Origin: an uncultured Dehalococcoidaceae bacterium
Lineage (GTDB): Bacteria > Chloroflexota > Dehalococcoidia > Dehalococcoidales > RBG-16-60-22
Assembly (NCBI GenBank): GCA_964468755.1
Contig: CAYXWH010000003.1
Coordinates: 8,421 to 72,420 of the forward strand
Direction: 5' to 3'
DNA: 64,000 nt
In this document: positions 1-9,344 of the stretch, in pieces
How positions within the stretch are numbered: the first letter of the stretch is position 1
How the letters are laid out: each line of letters begins with the position of its first letter
The notes under the pieces: generated by a model
What the model saw: the letters and a program-made list of their open reading frames with translations, nothing else
What the model was told of the DNA's origin: nothing
Database searches by the model: none
Made by a program: the position numbers and the translations under genes

Positions 1-292
1 ACGGTTCATGGAGGTGGCAAATGTCAAATTTCTCTTCTTCAAGCACGGCTCTTATCCGGGATGATAACCAGGGTGAGAGGGTAATTCGAGCGATTGAACC
101 GCTGGCGGGAACCGGGCGGGGCTTGCCCACCCGGATAAATCTTTCCCCGAAGCTTGACACCGCCTTGGATGCCGGGGCAATAATCTTTACTTCATGTCCC
201 ATTCGGGTAAAATGCCTCTCCAGGCAGGAAATATGATTGACGACACCGCCCGGATAAGCAAAGTCATAGGGAGAGACCAGGGCTATCTTCAT
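1..292 (-). CDS. GT4 glycosyltransferase, PimA-like (N-terminal 97 codons; gene runs off the window start)
   Basis: Not in ORF track because it is truncated by the window edge. Reverse-strand ATG at 292, 6 nt after the ino1 stop, followed by 97 stop-free codons: MKIALVSPYDFAYPGGVVNHISCLERHFTRMGHEVKIIAPAS...KFDICHLHEP. The PY-F--PGGV--H, GHEV--APAS and H-HEP pattern matches the N-terminal Rossmann domain of GT4 enzymes such as mycobacterial PimA. Confidence 0.6.
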   Translation of the reverse strand, partial: MKIALVSPYDFAYPGGVVNHISCLERHFTRMGHEVKIIAPASKAVSSFGERFIRVGKPRPVPASGSIARITLSPWLSSRIRAVLEEEKFDICHLHEP

Positions 293-298
293 TTGAAG

Positions 299-1390
299 CT
301 ATTTGGCCTCCTCGCGCTGGGTATGGGTCACAATAAATTCTTCTACCATCTGGCGGGCTTCATCATCGGTATACTGGACTGGCGGTGATTTCATGAAGTA
401 GGCTGAGGGTGCTTCCAGCTCTCCCTTCAGCTTACGGTCGAGGGCAATCTTGCAGCACCGGACGGCATCGATAACCACTCCGGCTGAGTTTGGGCTGTCC
501 CATACCTCCATCTTTAACTCCAGATTGAGGGGAACATTGCCAAAGGTTATCCCTTCCATCTTGATAAAGCAGTATTTACGGTCGTGCAGCCAGGCTACGT
601 AATCACTGGGACCAACGTGGATATTATCGGGGTCAAGGGTGTAGTCCAGTTGAGAGGTCACTGAAGTGGTCTTCGATATTCTCTTGGACTCAAGGCGTTC
701 CCGCTCCAGCATGTTGAGAAAGTCGGTATTGCCTCCGATATTCAACTGATAGGTCCGCCCCAGCTTCACCCCTCGGTCACGAAACAGCCTGGTGAGCACA
801 CGGTGGGTGATAGTGGCTCCCACCTGAGATTTAATATCATCACCGATAATGGGCAGCCCATGTTCGGCAAACCGCTTCTGCCAGTACTTCTCACGGGCAA
901 TAAAGACCGGAATACAATTTACCAGACCGCAGCCGGCAGCGAGCACCTGCTCGATGTACCATTTGGTTGCCTCTTCACTGCCCACCGGCAGGTAGTTTAT
1001 TACCACATCGGTCTTGGTTTCCTTGAGAATTTTAACGATGTCAACCGTCGGTCCCGGTGCTTTTTCAATTATTTCGGATAGATACTTGCCCAGGCCGTCG
1101 TGGGTCATACCCCGCTGTACCTTTATTCCGGTAGCCGGTACATCGCAGAATTTATACGTGTTATTTGGTGAAGTATAAATTGCCTGTGACAGATCTTTCC
1201 CTACCTTATTCTTATCAATATCAAAGGCAGCCACGAAGTTAATATCACTGATATGATATCCCCCGAGATTGACGTGCATCAGGCCTGGAACAAATTCGTT
1301 CTCTTTGGCATTCTTGTAGTACTGTACCCCCTGAACCAGTGACGAGGCACAATTGCCCACCCCTATGATAGCTACGTTCACCTTGCCCAT
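299..1390 (-). CDS. ino1: myo-inositol-1-phosphate (inositol-3-phosphate) synthase
   Basis: 363-aa ORF. The N-terminus [23 protein letters not shown] (NAD-binding) and the overall pattern are typical of bacterial/archaeal MIPS. Confidence 0.9.
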   Translation of the reverse strand: MGKVNVAIIGVGNCASSLVQGVQYYKNAKENEFVPGLMHVNLGGYHISDINFVAAFDIDKNKVGKDLSQAIYTSPNNTYKFCDVPATGIKVQRGMTHDGLGKYLSEIIEKAPGPTVDIVKILKETKTDVVINYLPVGSEEATKWYIEQVLAAGCGLVNCIPVFIAREKYWQKRFAEHGLPIIGDDIKSQVGATITHRVLTRLFRDRGVKLGRTYQLNIGGNTDFLNMLERERLESKRISKTTSVTSQLDYTLDPDNIHVGPSDYVAWLHDRKYCFIKMEGITFGNVPLNLELKMEVWDSPNSAGVVIDAVRCCKIALDRKLKGELEAPSAYFMKSPPVQYTDDEARQMVEEFIVTHTQREEAK

Positions 1391-1925
1391 GCTTTTTATT
1401 TATTTCCCCCTTTCCTGGCCCCACCAAGACAGTCCCGGCAGAGCGAGCGTGATAACCTTTCTATGTTTTTATAGAGGGTTCAACCTGCTAAAATTGAAAT
1501 GACCCTTTCCCTGTGGAATAAAGTAAGGAATTCTCAGTGGGTACTTATGGCGCTTTATAATGAATCGTGCTTCCAACGTTTAATTCAGTATTTTATGTCT
1601 AATTCCAAAACAACCACCGGCAACAATTCACCGAACTGTCAACACCTGCCTCGATGAACCTATGCATGGCCGACTTTCAAACACTTCGTCCTGCATACCG
1701 GGTAGACTCTCCATCTTGCGTTTCACCATTTTAACGCCCCATCCGTCAGCTGGTTACGTTCTTTTTTCACTCGAGAGATACCACAATATGCCGCGCCATG
1801 CTACCAGTGTCTCTTGATGACATCCGTTGAACTATACCCTTTTATGCGCAACCTGTCAAGACCTTGCGGTAATTCCGCGCTCAGGAATGCCGCTGGTGTA
1901 GCCAAGGCGTATCACCGCTTAATTA

Positions 1926-2870
1926 TTAACGGAAAACCTTTACCGGGTGCCATCTTCCCGTCTCGCAGCTGAACCGAAGCACTCCGAAAAACCGTCCGTC
2001 CACGGTATAGCCTCGATAAAATTCATCATAGCCCGTCTGTTCCGGGTATTGTTGCCCCTCCAACCGGGTTTCCTCTTCCAGAACCACGGAACCACCATGA
2101 CGAATAATATCTTCCGCCTCACTCCCAACGACTATCGCCTTCCAGTGCCCGAGAACACTATCCGGGGGATACAAAAACCGCTGCCAGCGCCCGCGTTGAA
2201 AGGCATCTTCAAGCTGGGATAAGGTAACGGCATCATTAATATGAAAGATACCACATCTGGTGCGAACGAGGCTTTTCAAATGGGCGCCACACCCCAGCAT
2301 CTGGCCCAGGTCATGGGCTATTGAGCGTATATAGGTCCCCCGGCTGCACTCTATCTCTACCGTAGCTACCGGTAATCGCCAGTCTATCATATCCAGTCGG
2401 TAGACCTGCGCGGGTCGGCTTTCCCTCTCCACAGTAATCCCGCAGCGTGCCAGTTCGTAGAGCGGCCTACCATGGCGTTTCACGGCACTGAACATGGGAG
2501 GAATTTGCCGGATGGAGCCGCGAAAGGCGTTTAGTGCTTTCTCCATCTGCTCCTGAGTGATGCCAGTAGTATCTCCCTGCCGTACTACTTGCCCGCTGGC
2601 ATCATAAGTGTCGGTCGCTCTACCCAGTTCAATCTGTGCCCGGTACGTCTTGGAATCATTGACCAGAAATTCAACAACCCGGGTCCCCTGCCCGATACAG
2701 ACCGGCAGGACACCGGTGGCGGCCGGATCGAGGGTTCCGGCATGACCTGCCTTCTTGTTTCCACTGAGCCGTTTCACCCTGGCGACCACTTTAAACGAGG
2801 TCATCCCCGCCGGCTTATCAATATTCAGTATGCCATCCATAAACCCATCCGTATGACTATTGGCTGGCAA
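1926..2870 (-). CDS. truB: tRNA pseudouridine(55) synthase
   Basis: 314-aa ORF with GILNIDKPAGMTSFKVV and GHAGTLDPAATGVLPVCIG (catalytic Asp motif). Synteny is nusA-infB-rbfA-truB. The true start may be the internal ATG near 2840 (MDGILNIDKP). Confidence 0.92.
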   Translation of the reverse strand: MPANSHTDGFMDGILNIDKPAGMTSFKVVARVKRLSGNKKAGHAGTLDPAATGVLPVCIGQGTRVVEFLVNDSKTYRAQIELGRATDTYDASGQVVRQGDTTGITQEQMEKALNAFRGSIRQIPPMFSAVKRHGRPLYELARCGITVERESRPAQVYRLDMIDWRLPVATVEIECSRGTYIRSIAHDLGQMLGCGAHLKSLVRTRCGIFHINDAVTLSQLEDAFQRGRWQRFLYPPDSVLGHWKAIVVGSEAEDIIRHGGSVVLEEETRLEGQQYPEQTGYDEFYRGYTVDGRFFGVLRFSCETGRWHPVKVFR

Positions 2871-2916
2871 TCACGACATATACTTATGTAAAGTATATCG
2901 GGAAAATACTTGAGGT

Positions 2917-3270
2917 TTATGATTCCGGCTCTGAGTTGACCTGGTCTATCAATTGCAGTAAATGGTCTCCCCGTTCTATGGAATCATCCCAGTAGAAACT
3001 GAATTCAGGAACGCGGCGTAATTTAAGAGTATCGGTAAGTTCTTTACGGAGAAATCCGGCGGCAGAGGCTAACCCGCTCAGTATTTCCTTTTTCTCCTCG
3101 TCGCTGCTCATGCAGCTCACGAACACCTTGGCGTATTTCAGGTCAGCCGATGCCTCTACATCGGTAACTGCAATCAGTGAACCAAGCCGGGGGTCTTTTA
3201 CCTGATGCTGGAGTAGTTCACTGATTTCGCGACGGAGAAGTTGGTTTACCCGTTCAATCCGGTGTGCCAT
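2917..3270 (-). CDS. rbfA: ribosome-binding factor A
   Basis: 117-aa ORF (RVNQLLRREISELL...), of canonical size and position between infB and truB. Confidence 0.9.
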   Translation of the reverse strand: MAHRIERVNQLLRREISELLQHQVKDPRLGSLIAVTDVEASADLKYAKVFVSCMSSDEEKKEILSGLASAAGFLRKELTDTLKLRRVPEFSFYWDDSIERGDHLLQLIDQVNSEPES

Positions 3271-3290
3271 GACGTAACAAAAATCACCTA

Positions 3291-5135
3291 TCAGCTTGTT
3301 TTTTCAATCCGGTAGGATTCCATTATATCCCCTACCTGGAAGTCATTGAAATCCTTGACCCCTATGCCACATTCGTAACCGCTGCTGACTTCTCTCACGT
3401 CGTCCTTAAAACGTTTTAGACTGCTCACTGTTGACTCAGAGAGGAGTTCTTCCCCCCGCTTCACCCGTAACAATGCATTACGACTTATCTTGCCTTCAGT
3501 CACATAAACACCGGCTACCTTCGCTCCCTTGCCTGCCGAGAAAACAGCCCTTACCTCGGCCCTGCCTTCACCAACCTCGGTATACGTGGGCTCCAGCATG
3601 CCTTTGAGCGCCTTCTCCACATCATCTATCAGATTATAAATCACACCATAATAACGGATATCAATGCCCTTGGTACTGGCGAGACGGCGCGCCCCTTCCT
3701 CAGCGTTCACATTGAAACCAATAATAAGCCCATGGGAAGCAATGGCCAGCATAATATCGCTTTCGGTAACATTGCCGGTACCGCTGTGGATGATTCTCAC
3801 CTTTACTTTATCCGTATCCAGTCGCTCCAGTGAATCGCATATCGGCGCAATGCTTCCCTGAACATCAGTCTTCAGAACGAGATTAAGCTCTTTAACCTGT
3901 CCGGCACTTATCTGGTCGAAGAGATTGTTCAGGCTCAGCCCCTTAGCAGTCGCCGTTTCACTTTCCATATCCTCCTTGCGTCTGGCTACTAGAGACTGTG
4001 CCTGCCGCTCATCGGCTACCGCATTCATTATCTCGCCAACCTGAGGCACACTGCTTACGCCGAGAATTTCAATAGGAGTGGATGGCCCCGCTTTTCTCAC
4101 CTGCTTACCCACTTCATTAAACATCGCCCTGACTCTTCCCCAGGTAGCGCCCACCGCTATGATATCACCCTGCTTCAAGGTGCCGTTCTGAATCAGCACC
4201 GTAGCCAGTGGACCGCGGGTCTTGTCCATCTTCGCTTCAATCACTACTCCAACCGCAGGCTTCGACGGGTCTGCTTTGAGTTCTTCCATTTCAGCCACCA
4301 GTATTAAAGTTTCCAGCAACTCTGAAATGTTAATCTTCTCCTTGGCTGAAATTGAGACACAGACGGTGTCGCCACCCCATTCCTCGATAAGCAAACCAGC
4401 CTCAGATAGCTGTTGCTTGACACGGTCTACATTGGCTTCAGGCTTATCAATTTTATTGATGGCGACGACTACCGGAACCCCGGCTGCCCGTGCATGATTT
4501 ATTGCCTCAGCAGTCTGGGGCATGACACCATCATCAGCAGCGACAACCAGCACGGTAACATCGGTTATGTTGGCTCCGTGCGCCCTCATGGCGGTAAAGG
4601 CTTCATGACCCGGAGTATCCAGAAAAGTAATTTTCTGGTCATTAACCGTTGCCTGATACGCACCGATGTGCTGGGTGATGCCACCAACTTCGCTATCCAT
4701 TACTTTGGTCTGGCGTATGGCGTCCAGCAGCCGGGTCTTACCATGGTCAACATGTCCCATAACCGTGACCACCGGTGGGCGCGACTGAAGATTGCCGCCC
4801 TCCTCTGCCTGGAGCTGCCGTTTTTTAATCTCCCGGATGGCACTCACCGTCTGCTGGGCACTTATCGCTTTACGATGTGCCTCGTAGCCCAGCGCGGCGG
4901 CTATCGAGGCAGCAGATTCATAACCAAGCACCTGGTTAATATTCGCCATAATGCCATTCCGCATAAGCTGCTTGATAACCTGCACGACCTCTATCTGCAG
5001 GTACTCTGCCAGTTGCCTGACCGTTATCGTCTGTGGCAGTTCAATCTGAGGTGCCTTCTTGCGTGTAGTACTTTTAGCCTTCTTTTCTGCCACCGCCGAC
5101 TCTACCACGTTTTCTGATTTTATTGCCTTTGCCAT
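3291..5135 (-). CDS. infB: translation initiation factor IF-2
   Basis: 614-aa ORF with GTPase motifs [25 protein letters not shown] and NKID, plus IF-2 C-terminal domains. Confidence 0.95.
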   Translation of the reverse strand: MAKAIKSENVVESAVAEKKAKSTTRKKAPQIELPQTITVRQLAEYLQIEVVQVIKQLMRNGIMANINQVLGYESAASIAAALGYEAHRKAISAQQTVSAIREIKKRQLQAEEGGNLQSRPPVVTVMGHVDHGKTRLLDAIRQTKVMDSEVGGITQHIGAYQATVNDQKITFLDTPGHEAFTAMRAHGANITDVTVLVVAADDGVMPQTAEAINHARAAGVPVVVAINKIDKPEANVDRVKQQLSEAGLLIEEWGGDTVCVSISAKEKINISELLETLILVAEMEELKADPSKPAVGVVIEAKMDKTRGPLATVLIQNGTLKQGDIIAVGATWGRVRAMFNEVGKQVRKAGPSTPIEILGVSSVPQVGEIMNAVADERQAQSLVARRKEDMESETATAKGLSLNNLFDQISAGQVKELNLVLKTDVQGSIAPICDSLERLDTDKVKVRIIHSGTGNVTESDIMLAIASHGLIIGFNVNAEEGARRLASTKGIDIRYYGVIYNLIDDVEKALKGMLEPTYTEVGEGRAEVRAVFSAGKGAKVAGVYVTEGKISRNALLRVKRGEELLSESTVSSLKRFKDDVREVSSGYECGIGVKDFNDFQVGDIMESYRIEKTS

Positions 5136-5458
5136 TAACCGTTTCCTCTCAGACGCTCTTCTGCCTGTTGAGCAAGCTGTTCGCGTTTATCCGGAGAAAT
5201 GGTGCATCTCAGGGCACGCTCCAGGCGGTCATTTTTCAGTGCCGTTTCCCAGCAATCCAGGTCACGGCACAGGTAGGCGCCACGACCGGCCTTTTTACCG
5301 GTAGTATCAATCTCAACATTTCCCTCGGGAGTACGTACCAGACGCAGCAATTCTCGTTTGGCTTTCACCCTACGACAAGCCACACAGGTGCGCTGGACTA
5401 CCCGCCTGGTTAGTGCCGATCCCACCTTAGTAATACTCTTCTTCCTCCTCGTCAGCAA
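5135..5458 (-). CDS. ylxR: YlxR/DUF448 family RNA-binding protein
   Basis: 107-aa ORF with [17 protein letters not shown]...GRGAYLC. The stop overlaps the infB start (TAATG). Canonical position between nusA and infB. Confidence 0.8.
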   Translation of the reverse strand: MLTRRKKSITKVGSALTRRVVQRTCVACRRVKAKRELLRLVRTPEGNVEIDTTGKKAGRGAYLCRDLDCWETALKNDRLERALRCTISPDKREQLAQQAEERLRGNG

Positions 5459-6905
5459 CCTCTACCCCGCGCCGCGCTTTCTTCAATCTCACGCCCTCAT
5501 CAGTGCTGCTTTTGCCAGGCACACTCTTCTTTTTCTTCTTGGACACGGACTTAGCTGACTTGGATGTTGCCTTTGCCGGTTTAGCCGGTAGAATATCCTC
5601 AGCGAATCGCAATTGAGGTCTTTCCTCAGCTAACTGAGGCTCGAAGAAAGACTCCGGGGGCACGTATTCTTCAGTGGCAACAGGTTCTTCCTTGGCTACT
5701 TCTTCCGTTGTTTCCACAGCCGGTTCCAGAATTTCTTCCAGTTCAGACACGGCTTCAACCGGCGTTTCTTCAACCGTTACCGGTTCGGCTTCTTCCGCTG
5801 CTGCTATTTCATCGGTAACTACTTCTGTTTTCGCTTCCGCTTTCGGCTCCGGTACGGCTATCTTTTCGGCTTCAGCGGTTGATGCGCTCTTGATATCAAT
5901 GCGCCATCCAGTGAGTTTAGCAGCCAGCCGGGCATTCTGTCCTTCCTTACCAATTGCCAGCGAAAGCTGCCTGTCCGGTACTACCACCGAGGCTACCTCT
6001 TCGCCATGATTCAGATCAACAGAGACTATGTTGGCGGGACTGAGCGCATTGGCAATGAATACCGCCGTATCAGGGTTCCACATAATTACGTCTATTTTTT
6101 CACCGTTTAATTCATTAACGACATTCTGTATCCTTATACCGCGCAGGCCCACACAGCAACCAATCGGATCAATGCCCTCCTGACCGGCGGCGACCGCCAC
6201 TTTACTCCGGTGGCCAGCTTCACGGGCTATGGATTTCAGCTGCACCGCTCCACCGCTAATCTCGGGGACTTCCAGCTCAAAAAGCCGGCGGAGAAAATCG
6301 GGATGTGAGCGGGATACCACCACCCGGGGTCCCTTGCCGGTCCGCACTACCTGCAGGACGAGGACCTTAAGCCTCTGGCCGACCCGATAGCGTTCGGTGC
6401 GCACTTGCTCAGCTACCGGCAGTATTGCTTCAGTTCGACCCAGGTCAATGATTATCTGCCCGGCCTCAATGCGCTGCACCAGACCAGTAACCACATCGGT
6501 TTCCCGGTTCGCATACTCTTCAAATATGGCACTATGCTCAGCCTCATGGAGGCGCTGGAGGATAACCTGTTTTGCCGTTTGAGCCGCAATACGCCCGGCA
6601 TCATGCGGCGTGGATTCCACCATAAGCGAGTCGCCCATATTTGTCTCCGGGCTAATCTGGCGGGCATCGGCCAGTGAAATTTCCTGGCGTCTGTCAGATG
6701 GCTTTTCTACCACAATTTTCTCCGCCCACACCTCAACCTGGCCATTACCGGGATTAATTTTAACCGCAAGATTCTGGTTGGGAGCAAAATTCTCTTTCCG
6801 GTAAGCTGATACTAAAGCTGCTTCAATCGCAGCGATAACTACCTCCTTTGGCAGGTTTTTCTCAGCCGAGAGTTGAGTGATAGCGAGCAGGAAGTCGCTC
6901 TTCAT
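5427..6905 (-). CDS. nusA: transcription termination/antitermination factor NusA with long charged C-terminal tail
   Basis: The ORF track opens at a TTG at 6941. I prefer the ATG at 6905 ([23 protein letters not shown]), which is preceded by GGAGGG. S1 and KH domains are present ([11 protein letters not shown]). The last ~130 aa are E/K/A-rich and low complexity. Confidence 0.93.
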   Translation of the reverse strand: MKSDFLLAITQLSAEKNLPKEVVIAAIEAALVSAYRKENFAPNQNLAVKINPGNGQVEVWAEKIVVEKPSDRRQEISLADARQISPETNMGDSLMVESTPHDAGRIAAQTAKQVILQRLHEAEHSAIFEEYANRETDVVTGLVQRIEAGQIIIDLGRTEAILPVAEQVRTERYRVGQRLKVLVLQVVRTGKGPRVVVSRSHPDFLRRLFELEVPEISGGAVQLKSIAREAGHRSKVAVAAGQEGIDPIGCCVGLRGIRIQNVVNELNGEKIDVIMWNPDTAVFIANALSPANIVSVDLNHGEEVASVVVPDRQLSLAIGKEGQNARLAAKLTGWRIDIKSASTAEAEKIAVPEPKAEAKTEVVTDEIAAAEEAEPVTVEETPVEAVSELEEILEPAVETTEEVAKEEPVATEEYVPPESFFEPQLAEERPQLRFAEDILPAKPAKATSKSAKSVSKKKKKSVPGKSSTDEGVRLKKARRGVEVADEEEEEYY

Positions 6906-6939
6906 CTCAGTTAATACCCTCCAAATAATTCTTGCTACC

Positions 6940-6968
6940 AATTAAAAAAGTGGGATTCAAACCCACTT
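6940..6968 (-). terminator. intrinsic terminator/attenuator hairpin in the nusA leader
   Basis: The reverse strand reads AAGUGGG-UUUGAAU-CCCACUU followed by UUUUUUAAUU. It lies ~35 nt upstream of the nusA ATG and ~20 nt downstream of the predicted promoter. Confidence 0.5.
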
Positions 6969-6994
6969 GACTAATACACTATCTTGATGAGAAA

Positions 6995-7023
6995 AGTATA
7001 GCACAGCCGTGCCTTTTGTGCAA
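6995..7023 (-). promoter_or_regulatory. sigma70-type promoter for the nusA operon
   Basis: Reverse strand: TTGCAC (7023-7018), 17-nt spacer, TATACT (7000-6995). Confidence 0.45.
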
Positions 7024-7158
7024 GATATCCGCCGGTAAATTCGCCTTGCGGATGACCGTACCGCGTGTCTAAAAATCAGTTTATAGCCACGTTATGCTAT
7101 CGTTATGCTATAATGTACAATATGTTCATGGACTCCAGGCAACTGACAAATTTACGGG

Positions 7159-8340
7159 GTGTTAACTTTGGATATAACCAAATTAAAGTCATCGATTACC
7201 GATAAAATAGACGAGAGCCGCCAGCAACTGACCGACCTCTGTCTGAAAATACATGCCAACCCTGAACTCGGCTTTCAGGAATATAAAGCCGCCCAATGGT
7301 TAACCGAGCATCTGAGTGAAAACGGGTTCACTGTTGAACGGAATATCGGTGACCTGCCCACTGCTTTCCGGGCTACCTATGGCGAAGGGTTGCCGGCTAT
7401 CGCCGTGCTGGCTGAATATGATGCCCTACCGGAAGTCGGTCATGCCTGCGGTCATAACCTTATCGCCACCAGTGCCGTGGCTGCCGGGATAGCGGCAGCA
7501 ATCGCTGTCAGCGAACTCGGCGGCAGTGTGGTAGTCATCGGCACGCCTGCCGAGGAGCTCTACGGTGGCAAGATATTGATGGCGGAGAGAGGGACCTTCG
7601 ACCATATAGACATCGCCATGATGGTGCATCCCGGGGTACAGGATCTGGTTACCATTGAGACCCTCGCCTGCCAAACACTGGACGTAGAATTTTTCGGCAG
7701 GGAAGCCCACGCCGCTGCCCAACCGGAGGCAGGAATTAACGCCCTGGAAGCCATGGTACAGTCGTTTACCGCCATTAATTCCTTACGACAGCATACAAGT
7801 GAAAAATCCCGTATCCACGGCATCATCACCGATGGCGGGCAAGCCGCCAACATAGTGCCCGCGCACAGCGCAGGTAACTTCCTCGTGCGCGCCGAGACTG
7901 ATGACTATCTTGATGAGCTGAAGCAAAAGGTAATCAACTGCTTTTCGGGTGCCGCCATAGCCACCGGCGCCAGGCTGGAATACCGGTGGGCAGAGACCCG
8001 TTACGCCGCCATGCGCAACAATCTGACACTGGCGCGGCTCTTCCAGCAGAATATGCAGTCGCTGGGACGTGCAACTAGGTTCAGCGAACCCGGATTTAAT
8101 TTTGGCAGCACTGACATGGGTAATGTGAGTAAACTGGTGCCCAGCATTCACCCGTTCGTCGCCATTGCCCCGAACAACGTCATCGCCCACTCGCCCGATT
8201 TTGCCCGTGCCGCGGCTTCACCAGCCGGTATCCAGGGGCTTATTGACGCCGCCAAGGCTATGGCAATGACCATCGCTGACCTGCTGGCTGATAAGGAAAT
8301 GATTACCATGGCAAGAGAGGAGTTTGTCCAGAAGAAATGA
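7159..8340 (+). CDS. M20D-family amidohydrolase (AbgB/aminoacylase-like)
   Basis: 393-aa ORF with a GTG start. It has the HACGHNL metal-binding motif and the two-domain M20 pattern. An extended -10 (TGcTATAAT, 7106-7114) lies upstream. Confidence 0.8.
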   Translation: MLTLDITKLKSSITDKIDESRQQLTDLCLKIHANPELGFQEYKAAQWLTEHLSENGFTVERNIGDLPTAFRATYGEGLPAIAVLAEYDALPEVGHACGHNLIATSAVAAGIAAAIAVSELGGSVVVIGTPAEELYGGKILMAERGTFDHIDIAMMVHPGVQDLVTIETLACQTLDVEFFGREAHAAAQPEAGINALEAMVQSFTAINSLRQHTSEKSRIHGIITDGGQAANIVPAHSAGNFLVRAETDDYLDELKQKVINCFSGAAIATGARLEYRWAETRYAAMRNNLTLARLFQQNMQSLGRATRFSEPGFNFGSTDMGNVSKLVPSIHPFVAIAPNNVIAHSPDFARAAASPAGIQGLIDAAKAMAMTIADLLADKEMITMAREEFVQKK

Positions 8341-9344
8341 TAAGGGTAGGTATTCCCAGAGCGTTACTCTACTATCAGTATTATCCCATGTGGAAGACCT
8401 TTTTCGAAGCGCTTGATGCCGAAGTAATTGTTTCACCAGCCACCACCCAGACCATGCTGGCGGGTGGCTCGTCGCGGGTGGTGGCGGATACCTGTTTGCC
8501 GGTCAAGGTTTTCCTGGGTCACGTTCTCAACCTGGCCAAGGAATGCGACTATATTTTTATCCCGTCTATTCGCAGTGTAAAAAAAAGGGTCTATAACTGC
8601 TCCAAGTTCCTCGGGCTGCCGGACATGACACGGGCGGTTATCCCGGAAGCCCCCCCGATACTGGATACCGAGATTGACATCAATAAGCCGTCGCGAACCC
8701 TGTATCAGACTATCTATCAGCTGGGGCGACACTTCACCTGGAACCCGATGAAAATAAAGCAAGCCGCCACCGCTGCCTGGCAAGCCCACAAAGACTATTA
8801 CCAGCTAATGGCACAACAGACGCTCACACCACCGCAGGCAATAGCCGCCCTCACTGATAAAACAATGCCAGCACCGCAATTGCCGGCGAATATCTCACCA
8901 GCCGCCCAAACCAGGGTGGCTTTGATTGGTCATCCATATATGCTGTATGATGAACACATTAACCACCGGCTTATTACCAAGTTACAGCACTACGGCATTC
9001 AGGTTTTCATCCCGGAGATGGTCACTACTCCTGATCTGGAAATGTATACTGACCGATTGGTGGGCAATGCCTACTGGACATACGAGCACGAGGTGGTTGG
9101 CGCTGGTGGTTACTACCTGGATAGCAAGGTCGATGGTGTAATCGGCGCCATGGCTTTCGGCTGTGGTCCGGATTCACTGATGATGGACGTCGTTCGCCGG
9201 CAGGCTAACCGGCAGAGAGAACATGCCTTCATGTGCCTGACTCTGGAAGAGCACACCGCTGAAGCCGGACTGGTCACCCGGCTGGAAGCCTTCCTTGACA
9301 TGGTAACCAGAAAGAAGAGGAGACGGCAGGAACTATGCGTATAG
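8337..9344 (+). CDS. BCR/HAD-family accessory subunit (DUF2229-type, acyl-CoA dehydratase activase-related)
   Basis: 335-aa ORF starting MIRVGIPRALLYYQYYPMWKTFFEALDAEVIVS. This pattern matches the uncharacterised domain usually fused to BcrA/HgdC ATPase domains in large CoA-substrate-specific enzyme activase proteins. The start overlaps the upstream stop (ATGA). Confidence 0.7.
   Translation: MIRVGIPRALLYYQYYPMWKTFFEALDAEVIVSPATTQTMLAGGSSRVVADTCLPVKVFLGHVLNLAKECDYIFIPSIRSVKKRVYNCSKFLGLPDMTRAVIPEAPPILDTEIDINKPSRTLYQTIYQLGRHFTWNPMKIKQAATAAWQAHKDYYQLMAQQTLTPPQAIAALTDKTMPAPQLPANISPAAQTRVALIGHPYMLYDEHINHRLITKLQHYGIQVFIPEMVTTPDLEMYTDRLVGNAYWTYEHEVVGAGGYYLDSKVDGVIGAMAFGCGPDSLMMDVVRRQANRQREHAFMCLTLEEHTAEAGLVTRLEAFLDMVTRKKRRRQELCV

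Noticed and set aside
21-388. Forward-strand ORFs 21-236 and 194-388 at the window start.
   Set aside because: They are antisense to the PimA-like GT4 fragment and the ino1 3' end. They have no motifs and a skewed composition.
6948-6968. tRNA-like T-arm (reverse strand GTGGG-TTTGAAT-CCCAC), considered as a possible tRNA upstream of nusA, as with metY in E. coli.
   Set aside because: The loop is TTTGAAT, lacking the near-invariant C of TTCRA. The would-be acceptor strand is UUUUUUA with no complementary 5' strand about 70 nt upstream, and there are no D or anticodon arms. A terminator hairpin explains it better.
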